Shown here: in pieces, positions 25,280 through 38,601 of the stretch | Numbering within the stretch: the stretch's first letter is position 1 | Layout: each line of letters starts with the position of its first letter | From: Octopus vulgaris | Taxonomy: Eukaryota | Assembly (NCBI GenBank): GCA_951406725.2 | Contig: OX597826.1 | Coordinates: 12,152,001-12,216,000, forward strand | Direction of reading: 5' to 3' | DNA length: 64,000 bases | The notes under the pieces: generated by a model | What the model was told of the DNA's origin: nothing | The model's input: only the letters and a program-made list of their open reading frames with translations | The model's database searches: none | Position numbers and translations under genes: made by a program

Positions 25280-25518
25280 TATTGGCCACGCATATATTTT
25301 TTAAGCACCGATTTGCATTTTTTGAGTGTGAGTCTCAAAAGTATTATACATATGCATACATATATATATATACAAATATGTATACACACACACACATACA
25401 CACACATACACACACATACACACATACACACAAATATATATGTATATGTATAGAGTGTTGTATATATATATATATATATATACGTATATGTATAGAGTGT
25501 TGTATGTATATATATATA

Positions 25519-25563
<45 letters not shown>

Positions 25564-25655
25564 TATATATATATGTATATCTATATAAATATATACACAC
25601 ATTATATATATTTATATATATAAGTATGTATATGTATATATATATATATACACAT

Positions 25656-25719
<64 letters not shown>

Positions 25720-26831
25720 AACATATACACACATAAACATATATACTCATATACACATACACACACAACACACACATACTCACACACAAAACAACCTAAG
25801 AGAGTGTGTGTGTGTGTGTGTGTGTGATGAATAGAGACTGTCATGAACGTGCATGACTGCATTATTCGCTTTGTGATAATCTGGATACCATGAGGCTGGT
25901 TAGAAGCTCATCAGTATTCTCGGAAACCTATGGTATACGGTAAAAAAAAAAAACTAGAAAAAACTAATTTTTGACACCTGGAGTACGGAAAGATATTTCA
26001 AATTACGTAAAGTTCTTTTTAACCTTATTTTTACCTCGTTAATGGTTTTCTTAGCCCAGTTTTTGCTTCAACATCTGGAAATTGTTTAATTATATACCTG
26101 CAAGTGTATATTTTTAATACTGTTCTCCTGACTGCTGTGGAGTACATATACGTTTGTACCGAGCTTTTGACAGAATGTTTCTATTTCGAACTACAATTGT
26201 TTCATTCCATTCACGCGACCCGAACACAGCTAAATCCCATTTAATTTCTAACTACTAAGACTGTATACAGCAGGTTTCTTTGTGGATGCGTAGCTTGGTG
26301 TTGGTGGGGATCTTTGTCGCGATGACTGCTTGAAAAATGAGAAAGAAATAAAACAATGGAAGTATTTTTTTCTAAATCAACCATAAATCCGGGTCTTTGT
26401 TTCTCTATTGAAACAAGAAGACTCAGTAGTTTTGATTAAACTATTAGATTTATTTCCTGTAGAAGGAAGGCATTAACAAACGAAACGGAAGCAGCGTTCA
26501 TCTTTTATGCAATTATTTTTGTTCATTTGTTGTATATATTCATCTATGCTTCTATCTAATCATATTTTCTCGATACATACGGGGTATGTAATGTCCTCAA
26601 CAAGATATCAAAGTAGAAAATACAAAAATACCGTACATTCATTTTTTAAAAATAAAACCATTAAGACTCTATTGATGCAGTCTTGTCAACTATTCAATAC
26701 ATCTATATTGATACATCCGGTGACCTCCATCAAGAAGAAATATGTCAATATATAATATGAAAACACCATTTATATATCATCAACGGAAAATATAGCATTT
26801 TATTTTAGAGATGAAATAAATGAACGCACAA

Positions 26832-26859
<28 letters not shown>

Positions 26860-26866
<7 letters not shown>

Positions 26867-27109
26867 TCCAGCAAAATTTAGATGCAGATGAATACGGTAC
26901 TTAAGTTAAAGGCACCAGAATTTTGTATGGCATTATCCATATAAATCAAATGGGGTGATTATAATCAAAATTAGCAACAAGGATATCCAAGGTAGAGTAG
27001 TACAACTGTTTCATGCTACTTCATTTTATTAAACACTGTAGCCAATGAAGTAACATGAAACACTTGTACTACTCTACCTTGGATATCCTTGTTGCTTATT
27101 TTGATTATA
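26860..27109. mobile_element. Penelope-like element (family P3) ending in 66-bp-arm inverted repeat
   Basis: 26960-27025 versus 27044-27109, 3 mismatches. Homologous to 51459-51800. Flanked by (TA)n on both sides. Confidence 0.65.
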
Positions 27110-27405
27110 TATATATATAAATATTTATATATATCGATCCATTGAGTGAGCTACTTGGTGATGGGTGAACAAGTGTTTTCAGCATTTTGATTTCAAAATC
27201 TCATGTAATGTAATGTAGGTGGAACTTGGACTTTTGGAGAGGCTGTGACCGTTTAAAGGTGATTTGTGGTTGCAGCTGTGGGATATATAAAGTTGTCCAT
27301 TATCTAACCTCTGCCAAAAACTAAAGGGTATATTTTTAAATGAAGGCAGAATTTGGGAAATAAGGGAATCGGTAGAGCGTTTGACAAAAAGCCTTGCTAT
27401 ATTAA

Positions 27406-27625
27406 CCCTTTCGTTACTGTATTTATTTTGAGATATTCTGTGCTTCTTTCAATTACTTTAAATATAACAAAGAAATTAGTAAAATAACTTAGTTATCATT
27501 AAGCTAGTGTTAGGAACATAAATTGTGACTAAGGTTTGGTGGAAGATTTTAATTCAAAACTTATGAAAACAAGAGATTTGTACTCAGAAACAGAGCCAGT
27601 TTCAGCCGGGTTGGTAACGAAAGGG
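27406..27625. mobile_element. piggyBac-type MITE (220 bp)
   Basis: 12-bp TIR CCCTTTCGTTAC / GTAACGAAAGGG. TTAA on the left (27402-27405); right TSD decayed. Confidence 0.7.
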
Positions 27626-28043
27626 TATCTCTTTCAGGATTCAAATAGTTAAAGAGATTTTACTTAGATATGTTCCAAAACAGATTTAGGTATATACCCT
27701 TGCATTTCGATTCCCGATCAAAAATCGATAACTGCTCTCCAATATACGACAAGAGAATACGTCCAGTGAAGATTTAATCTTTTATCCTTTTATCGTTCTG
27801 GAATCAATAAAATAATCGACTCTAATACGCACGGGCGATTATCTAGTCTTGGGCCTCTTTTCGAAGTGGAAATTATCTTAGAGTTATGGGTGGTAGAAGT
27901 GTGCGTCCGATTATTTTTGTGGAGTTCTGTCCCATTTCATTATCTTCAGATTTTAAACCTTATTCAAGTCAACTTCATTTCTCCGCAGACAAGTTTATTG
28001 AACAAGTATTGCCCTGCACTATATATATCTTCTCCTGGTATTT

Positions 28044-28117
28044 TTGTTGTTGTTGTTGTAGTTGTCATCCTCATCATTATTGTTGTTGTTGTTGTTGTTG
28101 TTGTTATTATTATTTTA

Positions 28118-28160
<43 letters not shown>

Positions 28161-28180
28161 CATTATTATTATTATTATTA

Positions 28181-28217
<37 letters not shown>

Positions 28218-28234
28218 CATTATTATTATTATTA

Positions 28235-28311
<77 letters not shown>
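28044..28311. repeat. (TTG)n/(TTA)n microsatellite
   Basis: Directly visible. Confidence 0.95.
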
Positions 28312-29246
28312 GGACCAATAGCAATTAGGTACGTCTTGGAAAAGATTCAAGCAAGCATTCAACTTAAATAAATGCATTGCGTGAATGCATTGACAACGCC
28401 CAATAGAACCTTGTATTGTTGCTTTCTGGAACGTGCCTATGCCTCGTCTAATACATAAATTGTTGATATTTGTATTGGAATGTGTACGTATCACTAAACT
28501 TGTAAGAATTATAAGATATTAGACACGTTTCTCGATTTCCACTTTGTCTTTTATTCAATAGGAAAGTCGTGAAATTCCTTAGCATTTCTCATCACTTCTT
28601 CGCAACATTATAGTCGTTCGATATTGCAATTGTTATTTTTGTCATGTATAACGATGTCAAGTTTATTATGTACTATCATGTCCGTATCTATGGTGAAGTA
28701 CCTTTAAATCTTTAAATTATTATTTTCTACGATCGATAAAGGTTTATATGAGTAATGTCAATCCGGTGTCTATGCGTATACGGAACAGTTTTGATCCGTT
28801 TTTATGTCTTCAAGTGCAGTTATTCGGAAGTGGTCTCGGACACTATGATATTACATAAGATTATATACCATATAAGCGCCATGCGGTCTATAGGAAGTTT
28901 GGGATTTTTATTTTTTCGAAATGTTATTTATTATTTTTGGAGAATTTTGATTTTGCAGAGTTACAAAGGTAGCTTTCGTCACTTCATAATCGTAGAAGTT
29001 TTGTGAGTTACAAAGGTATAGTGTTTGTTGATGAATACTTAAACTGATCGTCGACGTAAAATATTCTGTTATAATATTTTCTTTTGACATGTATAATGTG
29101 GATTGATATGAACTATTTACTGGCCCCGCGAAGCTCCTTTATGCCAAGGGTAGTAAAAATCAATGTTAGCGTGTACGAAGATGGTGAAAACATTTGCTGA
29201 ACTCTATTCCTTTGAATCTGTGTGATTAAATGTGAGTTGATATTCT

Positions 29247-29697
29247 TTCTAATTTGGGTACAAGGCTAGCAATCTTAGGTGAGGGGGTTTAGTCTATTAT
29301 ATCAACCCCACTGCTCAACTGGTACTTCTTTTGTTTTCAACCCTGAAAAGGTACATGGCACAGTCAATCTCGGTGGAATTTGAATTAAGAATGTAAAGAA
29401 CCGCAAGAAATACTGTTAAGCATATTGTCAAACACGTCAACGAATCTGACAACTCATTGCCTTTTTTACGTGAAATAATATTCTTTTCTGCTATGAGCAC
29501 AAGGTCTGAAAATTGGAGTCAAGGTAACAGTCAATTACAGCGACGTCAGAACTCAACTGGTATTTATTTCATGGACTCTGAAAGAATGAAAAGTAATATC
29601 AAACTCGGTGTCATTTGAACTGAGTATGTAAAAAGCAGGAATAAATACCACTATGCATATTTCTCGATGTAGTAACGATTATGTTAGCTCATCACTT
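29247..29697 (-). mobile_element. two tandem old SINE family B copies
   Basis: Each has CTCAACTGGTA.TT..TT...GAAAGG/GAAAAG...TTTGAA and the tail ...CACAAGG/TACAAGG. Confidence 0.65.
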
Positions 29698-30289
29698 TCA
29701 AATGAGTATTAATAAAAACAAAAATGCATAATTTCCATATCCCCTTATGTAGGTTTTAATTTTGGCTCATAGGAAATAACCTATTATACAATAGCAGTGG
29801 AAAAGTGGAGATCCGTCGTGATTATAAATCTTTATTTAGTCAACACCATATGCCACAAAAAAAATAGATTCTACTGCTTCTTTTTTTCTGATGTCAATTT
29901 GGAAAACAAACACCTCGGCAAATGGAATCACATTTATATTTTGGCATAAAAATCTTGTAAGGAAAGTTAATATTCACTTATATAATTTATTACGAAGAAG
30001 AAGACTTTATTCTGTTTGCTAGAGAAAATATTTGTTCAATCGTGTCTGATATACTTAGAATTACCAGTAAAATTTGGTTATTTAATAAAAAATCTTTGAT
30101 AATTTGTCTCTTAACATCAGCTATTTTAAAATTCACATGGTTCACAAAGTCAGCTCCCCCCCCTCTCCCCAACCAAAAAAATGCACCGAGTTCTATCTCA
30201 TAGCAACTTCAAATGTCAGATGTCGGTTATCAAATCGTTTATGTGAACGACGTCGGCATATTTTTCTCTTGATAAAATTGATTTCTAAT

Positions 30290-31666
30290 TAGCTGTTCCT
30301 CTTCGTGATCGGTATTTAAACAATGACGCCAGCATTGTTGCTTGCCTGATAAAAGCGATGTTTGATTGAAGGGATTATTGCATTTATGACCTCAAAATGC
30401 ACCACAATCTTCACTTAATTTTTCTGGAGGTCTTTCATTTCCATAGTATTTCGATTTACGAGGGGAAATAATGAGCATTTTCTTTCACAAAATATCACCG
30501 TAGAGGGTATCAAAAGAATTTTTATTCCTCATATCATTCAAAACTCGAGCAATTTCAGCCACCATCTGTATATCCTCAGCCAACATTCTAGCTACATGTA
30601 TTTCAGCCTAGTATCAAAACATGTAGCGCTGAACTTCAGTATCCAGTTGTGACGGTGCATATTATTATTCTTTTCATATGAATAGAATTAAACCACTCTC
30701 AAGAATATGCCGGAACCAAACAGCTCATACTGTCCATCAAAATTATACTAAAAATTAAGATATCTCCAGGAATCAATTTACATTAAGAACTTCCTTTTTG
30801 CTTTCAACTCACCAAATTAATTATATCTCTATGTTAATACCTGATTAGAGTAACAATCTCCTCAATATTTATCACCGTATATAAATTCTGTCTTATATTA
30901 CATCGTGCATTCCTTTATATTCACAATGTCCTTGAATGTTTTTCACAAAGTGTTTATAATGCCTTCTTTTAAAGTTCTTCCAAAGTCTTAACCACTTCAT
31001 ATGTTTCCCGAACGTGTTGCTTACATTGTCAAAATGCATTCATATACGGTACGGTTGGACTTTTGTGGTGCATCTATGACGAGTGAAAATATTGCTGAGG
31101 ATGTTATGCCTTCATGTCTGGCGCGCAAAAGAATCTCGGCCTTATAACAGTGCATTAGCATTAGTAGCCAAGTGTTTGTCGACCTAATGTTTAATAGACA
31201 TATATGTACTTCTGCAATGATTGCAAATGGTTTTATGCCTGTTTTACCAAGTGAATCTCTGATAACGGAATGAGGCATTCTAGAATAGGGTTCTTTATAT
31301 ATGTTGTGACTTGCGTATATAGCTATATGAGTTTCCTTAATTGATATTCTCTATACCATCAGCATCATGTTTCTTTCACAGTCTTATTATTCTAATCGTA
31401 TGCTTGTTTCAGTCATTTAACTGTGGCCATGCTGGAGCACCGCTTTTAGTCGAGCAAATCGACCCCAGGACTTATTCTTTGTAAGCCTAGTACTTATTCT
31501 ATTGGTCTCTTTTGCCGAACCGCTAAGTTACGGGGACGTTAGCACACCAGCATCAGTTGTCAAGGGATGTTAGGAGACAAACACAGACACACAAACATAT
31601 ATATATATACATACATACGTTCAAACATACATATATACATACATATATACATACATACATACATAT

Positions 31667-31711
<45 letters not shown>

Positions 31712-32460
31712 CATACATACATACATATACATATACGACGGGCTTCTTTCAGTTTCCGTCTACCAAATCCACATACAAGGCTTTGGTCGGCCCGAGGCTA
31801 TACTAGAAGACACTTGCGTAAGGTGCCACGCAGTGAGACTGAACCCAGGACCATGTGGTTGGTAAGCAAGCTACTTACCACACAGCCACTCATGGTTCTT
31901 TAATATTTTCTTTCATGGTTAGTCGCTGCAGGCAGAGCAAGTGCAGATACTGAATCATTTTATATCGTGCATTTGCGATTTGTTTGCCTATGTTTTCCTC
32001 CAGTTCCCTAATGTTATTAAATTTAAGAACATCACCTCCAGTATCAATATAGCTGTACGGTGATATTCAGAATCATTCAACCGTCTAAAATGGCGTTTTC
32101 TGTCTTTGCTTTTTAGGGAAAAAATCTACGTTGGTTTAGTCATAAATTAAATCAGAAGCAGTGAACGAAACGAAGTTGATTGAGAAGCATGTTCCCTGTT
32201 GCCAATGATCCAACCAGGAAAATTGTAATTTACCGGTGATTTTTTTAAGTTGTAAGAGGCATTTGATTGAGGTGCTTCGTTGGCTGCATGTGCTGATATT
32301 GACCGAGGCAAGAAAACTGAAGCTACTACAAAAGAATCGAGCCTGTCGTTGCATTTGGAGCCATACAGTACAGTTTAATTTGATTACCGATATGGTTAGT
32401 TTTCGTGAACGAAAAGTAGTACCATTTGCTACTTTGTTTTCATGTACCGAGAGTTTTCAA
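30290..32460 (-). pseudogene. highly degenerate hAT-like (ZMYM1/DUF4371-type) transposase relic, interrupted by a SINE
   Basis: Minus-strand patches RLNDSEYHRTAI, IQYLHLLCLQRL, ARVLNDMRNKNSFDTLY and FEVINAIIPSIKHRF occur in the order expected for this family. Many stops. Confidence 0.4.
31402..31890 (-). mobile_element. SINE family C (tRNA head, CORE-like ACCTTGGGCAAGTG motif, internal microsatellite)
   Basis: Minus strand reads GTGGCTGTGTGGTAAGTAGCTTGCTTACCAACCACATGGT.C.GGGTTCAGTC...; tail TGCTCCAGCATGGCCACAG. The CORE-like motif is intact in the 48061 copy and mutated here. Confidence 0.9.
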
Positions 32461-33389
32461 TAATCTTTTTCAATAAACCTTTTAAAAAACAGAAAAAAAA
32501 GACGATTTTCCGAGCAGAATTCGACACTCATAAGAGAATGTGAAAGAGAGGAATAGAGTGAATGTGGTTAATATACAACCGTGGAACTTTAAAAAATATC
32601 TAATAGTAAAAGATACAAGGAAGTAACTACGTAAAGCACGTATTACTCTTCATATCGACTCGAAATATATTCTTTCTCTATTGAGGTATAGCCACGTATG
32701 TAAATACCTATGGTTACGTGTTTCGTCAGCTTCCAGCCGATAAATTTACTATCATCTATGAAATTGAAGTCGATAGTATGGGAGAATAAAGGAAAGAAAT
32801 TCGTGTCAGATTGGGACTTGATAGAGAAAAAGAAACAGACGTACACGCAGGTAGAAAAGGTTTTCTTTTCTCAAATTATACGAATGTGTATGCGTGTGTA
32901 TGTAGAGAGAGAGAGAGCAAGGAAGTAACCGGCGACTTGGAAGTAAAGCCTGTCTTTGAACTTTATAATTGAAAAGTCTGTGAATTTTAAATTTCCCGGA
33001 GCATACATTTACTGTGCTACAACTAATGCCCTCCATAATTGCTGAGCAAAATTCCTTCCATATCTATAGGGTTCCTATTTTGAAACACATTGGTATAAAA
33101 AGGCAAGTAATTATAACACTAAATTTTTTAAAATGTCACTTCATGTTAGTTTTATCTTAAAGCTTCCGTTAACTGTGTGCCAAGTCGCTTGCTTATTTAA
33201 TGAAGGTGTGAAACGAGAATTCATGTTCATCGATAATTTTTTTCTATTCGCAATGTTGGTATTGGATTAATCTATTTAAAGAAAAGCTTTAAGCAAAACA
33301 GTTTTTCGCAGCGATATTAGATATCGAATTTAATTATATTAATCTCGTAAATTAAAGATTTTAATCCGTTGAGACCTATATTAACCTAC

Positions 33390-33714
33390 TGGTTTCACAT
33401 TTTGGCACAAGGCCAGCAATTTCGGGGAAGGGTATAAGTCGATTACATCGACACCAGTGCTCAAGTTGTACTTATTTTATTGACTCCTAAGATAAGAAGG
33501 GCAAAGTTGACCTTGGTAGAATTTGAACTATTTATTTCTTTACTGCCCACAAGGGGCTAAACATAGAGGGGACAAACAAGGACAGACAAACGGATTAAGT
33601 CGATTATATAGACTCCAGTGCGAAACTGGTACTTTATTTATCGACCCCGAAAGGATGAAAGGCAAAGTCGACTTCGGCGGAGTTTGAACTCAGAACGTAA
33701 CAACAGACGAAATA
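33390..33714 (-). mobile_element. SINE family B young copy (33531-33714) joined to old copy (33390-33530)
   Basis: The old copy resumes at the AGTTCAAA B-box directly after the tail of the young copy. Confidence 0.85.
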
Positions 33715-34059
33715 GCAACTTATATTAATATATTAAACCTATGTACGAACATTTAAATGTTTGATGTCGAAGTCAGTGTAGATTACCCAGGTGCATGATA
33801 ATACAATTTTTTTTTATCTGCAACTGAAACACTCAGCTTGTCATATTCTCTCTTCAGTTGATTCTTTAACAGAAAAATATACTTGCTGAACGATGTAGAC
33901 GTGTGGAAATGAATCATTTGTAATTTAGATGTGAAACAAGTCATATATCCCATACACATGCCGTAGGAAACTAGAGGTTACTCACAAACATATAATTTTC
34001 CAAAATCCAAATTGTATTCTACGCGTTATTCTGTGTGACTATATTTTGTATTATGCTTC

Positions 34060-35083
34060 ACGGCATTTCGCCTGTCTTTACGTTCTAAGTTCAAATATCG
34101 GAGGTGTCGACCTTGGTTTTCATCTTTTCGGGGTCGATAACATGAGTACCAGTTGAATACTGAGGTCGATGTAATCGACTTCACCCTCCCACGAAATTCC
34201 AGGCCTTATGCCTATAGTAGAAAGGATGGATCTTTTCGGTTTGAACGGCAGTTTTTAACATCATTTCTAGGTAACTAAAAAATTTTAAACTTCGTATACT
34301 GGTAGAATGTGTTTATAAAACATATTTTTCTTTTTTTATTGAGAAAATTCTATAGTTTGTAATATATTTGTTGTTTTTTTCTTAAATTTATGCAATTTCA
34401 ACCAATCACTGACGTCCATGGAGGTAAAAAACATTCTGTGCCGTATGAATATGTCCCTCGTTTAAGAAACATTGGGTTTATTTACATTTGTGAAGAAAAA
34501 AATATACCCTTCCCCCAACCCTAACCTTAACTAACCCTAATCCTAAAACAGATACTAGTGTCATAATTATGGGTGACAATTTCATATGACATTGCTAGAA
34601 AAACTGCCGTTCAAACCGAAAAGATCCGAAAGGATTATTATAAATTCACTTGAAGATGGTGAGTAGGTAGAATCGTTAGCACGCCAGGCAAGATGTTTAG
34701 TGGCATTTGGTCTATTTTTCCATTCTAAGTTCAAAGGTCACCGGTGTTAAGCTTATCTTTAATATTTTCGGAGTCGACAAAATAAGTATCAGTTGAGCAG
34801 TGGAAGGGGGTGAGGGTTGATGTGATTAACTTATCCCCTTCCCAGCTACTGCTGGCCTTGTGCCCAAATGTGAAACCATCATTGTAAATTCACTGTGATT
34901 GAAGATGAGTTGGCAGAACCGACAACTTAGCGACATTTCGTCGAACGTTACGTTTTGACTTCAAATGGCGCACAGGTCGAATTTGCCTTTCATCTTTTCG
35001 AGCACTTGTTAAGTACTGCGGTCAACGTAATCAGCTTTCCCTTTCCTTCAACAACTTCTGGCCCTATGCCAAAATTTGAAACC
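34060..35083 (+). mobile_element. three old SINE family B copies in tandem (34060-34227, 34657-34878, 34903-35083)
   Basis: Each has a GTTCAAA-type B-box and a GGCC.T.TGCC tail, and each is followed by AATTCACT. Confidence 0.75.
34228..34627. mobile_element. 400-bp MITE, perfect 29-bp TIRs, 8-bp TSD (Merlin-like)
   Basis: GGATCTTTTCGGTTTGAACGGCAGTTTTT at 34228-34256 and its reverse complement at 34599-34627. GAAAGGAT at 34220-34227 and 34628-34635. Confidence 0.92.
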
Positions 35084-35310
35084 GTTATTAACAATTCACT
35101 TTAAATTATGAAATAATTTTCACAAATAATATATTTAGATTTGACAAGGTTAATTGACGAATATAGATATATAGTAATTCCCATTAGAAATAACAATTAA
35201 CAATTTATAAAATAAGCAAATTAGCTGCTTAATAAATCAATAGATTGCAAAGAATCTAATGGATTCCTACGCCGGTAAAAATTAGTCGTTATATAAATGT
35301 ATAAAAAGGA

Positions 35311-35523
35311 GGGCGACGAGCTGGCAGAAACGTTAGCACGCTGGGCGAGATGCGTAGCCGTATTTCGTTGCCGCTACGTCCTAGGTTCAAATTGCCTTTC
35401 ATCCTTTCGGGGTCGATAAATTAAGTACCAGTTACGCACTGGGGTCGATGTAATCGACTTAATCCGTTTGTCTGTCCTTGTTTGTCCCCTCTGTGTTTAA
35501 CCCCTTGTGGGTAGTAAAGAAAT
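35311..35523 (+). mobile_element. SINE family B young copy with small internal deletion
   Basis: Head GGCGACGAGCTGGCAGAAACGTTAGC; lacks CCGCCGAGGTCGACTT. Confidence 0.9.
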
Positions 35524-35996
35524 TTTAAAATGTATGAAATGTCAGCTTACTTGTCTTCTCAGAAGAGTAGACTACACAGTTACATCACTTACATGCATCT
35601 ATTGAAAATAGGTGTGTATGTACTTCTTGTAGCCACAGCCATGAGAACTTATATAATTGGTTTGAAAGATATTTACCTGTCTTTCATCATTATTCACATA
35701 CAAACTTTTACAGTCAAACAATCATGTCATATACATATATATATAATAATGTATTGACCGAAAGAGAACAGTGTAACGGGAACAAATGCATAGAGGAGCA
35801 AAGAATACACACATATATATAAATACACGCACACATATATACACAAAATATGGGCTTTTAGTTCACAGGTGATCTAAAGGACTAGGTACGCTGGGTGAGT
35901 GCTGCAACAGATTACCAGGGCTCCAAGGTAATAGCCGAGACGGGAGTTATGGACCCATTGTACATTTCCGATATAGCGGATATATAGTTGCTAACG

Positions 35997-37000
35997 AGGA
36001 CAACAAACACTAAGGTAAGACAAAATCCTCAAGTCACATACGTTATTATTATTGGAGAACTTTCAGTTTCTATACGTTTACCTCATTCAGCTATTTCCGG
36101 GATATCCCAAAGCATGGGATATTCCGTCAGCGGAGGCAAATAGGGAAATGTGAAGGGTACAGATTGAGAAAACGATGACATAGAGGACAGGAGAAAAGGA
36201 GTAAGAAATGAAGGAAGAAGCGTAAAAGTTCACAGTTCAACTTTTCGATAGTGTAGATGTTAGTCCATAAGTCATTAGGTGCAACCCTGAGTTAATCCAT
36301 GAATGATTATAGCCTTAATAGTGCAAATATCCAGAGATAAATGCGAACGTGTCGAAGTTTCGTAAGAGAAAGATAGCAGAGGTGGCTATTCAGGTATAAA
36401 AAGAAAGAAAAATAAACAGAAAGAGAGGAAGGTATTAGCAAAAATCAGGAGCTACAGAAAGTGGAGAAGGAAGCAAGAATTGGTATGTAAGATAAAATAA
36501 AACAAGGGATATAGAAATATAACGTAGAAAGATAAACAAGAAGATAAATAAATATATAAGGGTAAATAAGGAGAAAGGAAGAGGTAGTAAAGGAAAATAA
36601 AGTTAAAAAGTACAAAATAAAGTAAAATGAAATGGATTCAAAGAGAATAGCAGGCACCAGTGCTATTCTTCTAGTTTCCCAACAGCTATAGACTAGAAGA
36701 ATAGCACTGGCAACTACTATTATCTTAGAATCCTCCCATTTTTAAAGTATTTTGTATCTTCCTTTACCCCTCCTCTCTCCTTATTTACCCTTATATATAT
36801 ATATTTATTTATATTTATGTTTATCTTTATTCCTTTTCTTCTGTCCTTTCCATCGTTTTGTTAATAATACGCTTCATATTCCCCCTATTTGTCTCTGATG
36901 ATGGAATACTCCGGAAACAGCTGTAAGACTTTAAACCTTTCCAGTGATAATAACGTTTATAACTTGAGATGTTTTTCTTGCCTTGGTGTTTGTTGTCTTC
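35997..37000. mobile_element. ~1-kb inverted Penelope-like element (family P4) with a hammerhead motif in each arm
   Basis: 35999-36057 is the reverse complement of 36940-36998, and 36515-36620 of 36748-36838. Central 19-bp perfect inverted repeat at 36657-36675 / 36692-36710. Confidence 0.7.
36891..36929 (+). ncRNA. minimal type I hammerhead ribozyme
   Basis: GUCU-CUGAUGA-UGGA AUAC UCCG-GAAAC AGCU GUA/AGAC. All three stems form; stem III is palindromic (ACAGCUGU). Confidence 0.8.
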
Positions 37001-37029
37001 TTAAGTAATTATATATATATGCGTATATA

Positions 37030-37174
<145 letters not shown>

Positions 37175-37463
37175 CCCCACACACATATGTATACATAGGA
37201 CGTCTTAGTATGCAGTCCTACAAATTATATTCACCTGGACGGTTGCACCGATGATCTACGAACATATATATAAGTAAAATTACGTAATATGTTGATAGTG
37301 AAACATTTATGCGAATAATTCATATTTTTATTGCTTTTTCTTTTGTCTTGCTCGATTACGTTTTGGTTGTTTTGCTAAATTTTTCTTGAGAACAATTCTT
37401 AGTGGTAAGACCATAGCGTATCTGTTTCTAGCATAAGGGTGTCCACATAGTGATCTCCCTCTA

Positions 37464-37499
<36 letters not shown>

Positions 37500-37505
<6 letters not shown>

Positions 37506-38296
37506 TTATTCACTCAGTTTTACATGTTTACACTTTCATCGCCTTCAAAGTGTTATCCATTTGAAGCAATGCATCGGGCCAGACGCGTTTCCCACTGCTC
37601 GAAACAGTCCTGGAATTATTGCGAAGCGATGCTTTTAATGCTTCTCTCGTTTTTTTTTCCTCTTCTACATCTGCAAAACGTTTCCTTTAAGGAGGAAAAA
37701 AGTCGCGGGGCGAGATCAACTTCCAACTTTTCTTTCAGTTCACGACAAGCATTCGGTCGTGACCGCCTTTGATCTTCCGTGAGAAAGCGAAGCGTAAATT
37801 TTGCTGCAACTTCTTTCATTCGGAATCCTTCGCTCAAAATTTGTTTGCAGGAGCTCCAGGACACACGAGTCATATCAAGTTCGTCAACTTTTCGGCGATG
37901 GTCCTCCAAGTTCAGTTGATGAATTTATGCGATGTTTTCATTCGTTCGGGAGGTCAATGGTCGCCCTGAAAGAGGTTGGTCTTCAAGCAAAAAATACACG
38001 TAAACTTATGTTTTGCTCATGGGAGCGTTCTTGTAAGCTGTTTGAAGCATGACAACCGTTTTACCCATCAGGAAACAGTTCCTTCGTTTCAGCCATCGGA
38101 AAAATCAACGAACAGGAGAGAAGCACTGCAAAGCAAAGACTACTAGTGGCATTTCGTTGTGAACAAAAGACGCTGGTCAGCAAGCTAATTGCTTAAGGTG
38201 TCTAAAGATTGCATCAAGTCACTTCTAACGGCGGGAGCCTGAACTGCGATGGGCTTTTCCTACACAGGACGTTTCCGGTTACTTTGGGTACCTCCT

Positions 38297-38299
<3 letters not shown>
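37500..38299 (-). pseudogene. internally deleted mariner transposon
   Basis: RMKEVAAKFTLRFLTEDQRRSR (WVPxxL-equivalent linker) fused to a C-terminal CIASNG*HFEGD. Catalytic core missing. TIR-like end and TA at about 38275-38300. Confidence 0.8.
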
Positions 38300-38340
<41 letters not shown>

Positions 38341-38343
<3 letters not shown>

Positions 38344-38543
38344 ACCGCGTGTGTACCGTTGGCGATTTTGTTCCTCCGTCTTCCCTTCCTTGGATCTTTT
38401 CTTTTCCTATGTTTCTGACGAAGAGATCTGCTCGAAACGTTAAACCCTCCTACTTTCCTTTCTTTCCTGAGCGTCCAATAACACTATACTTGTTCCACGT
38501 CCTCGCATTGTTGTGTTTTCTCTTTGTGTTTTCATGTTTGGAT

Positions 38544-38549
<6 letters not shown>
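38341..38549 (+). mobile_element. Penelope-like terminal-repeat element (family P5) inside (TA)n
   Basis: Carries GUUU-CUGACGAA-GAG AUCUG CUC-GAAAC GUU/AAAC at 38411-38445. A related degenerate copy lies at about 55000-55135(-). Confidence 0.65.

Positions 38550-38601
<52 letters not shown>

Noticed and set aside
34510-34546. Interstitial telomere or chromosome fusion scar
   Set aside because: Only about five degenerate units, and they lie inside a TIR/TSD-bounded MITE.
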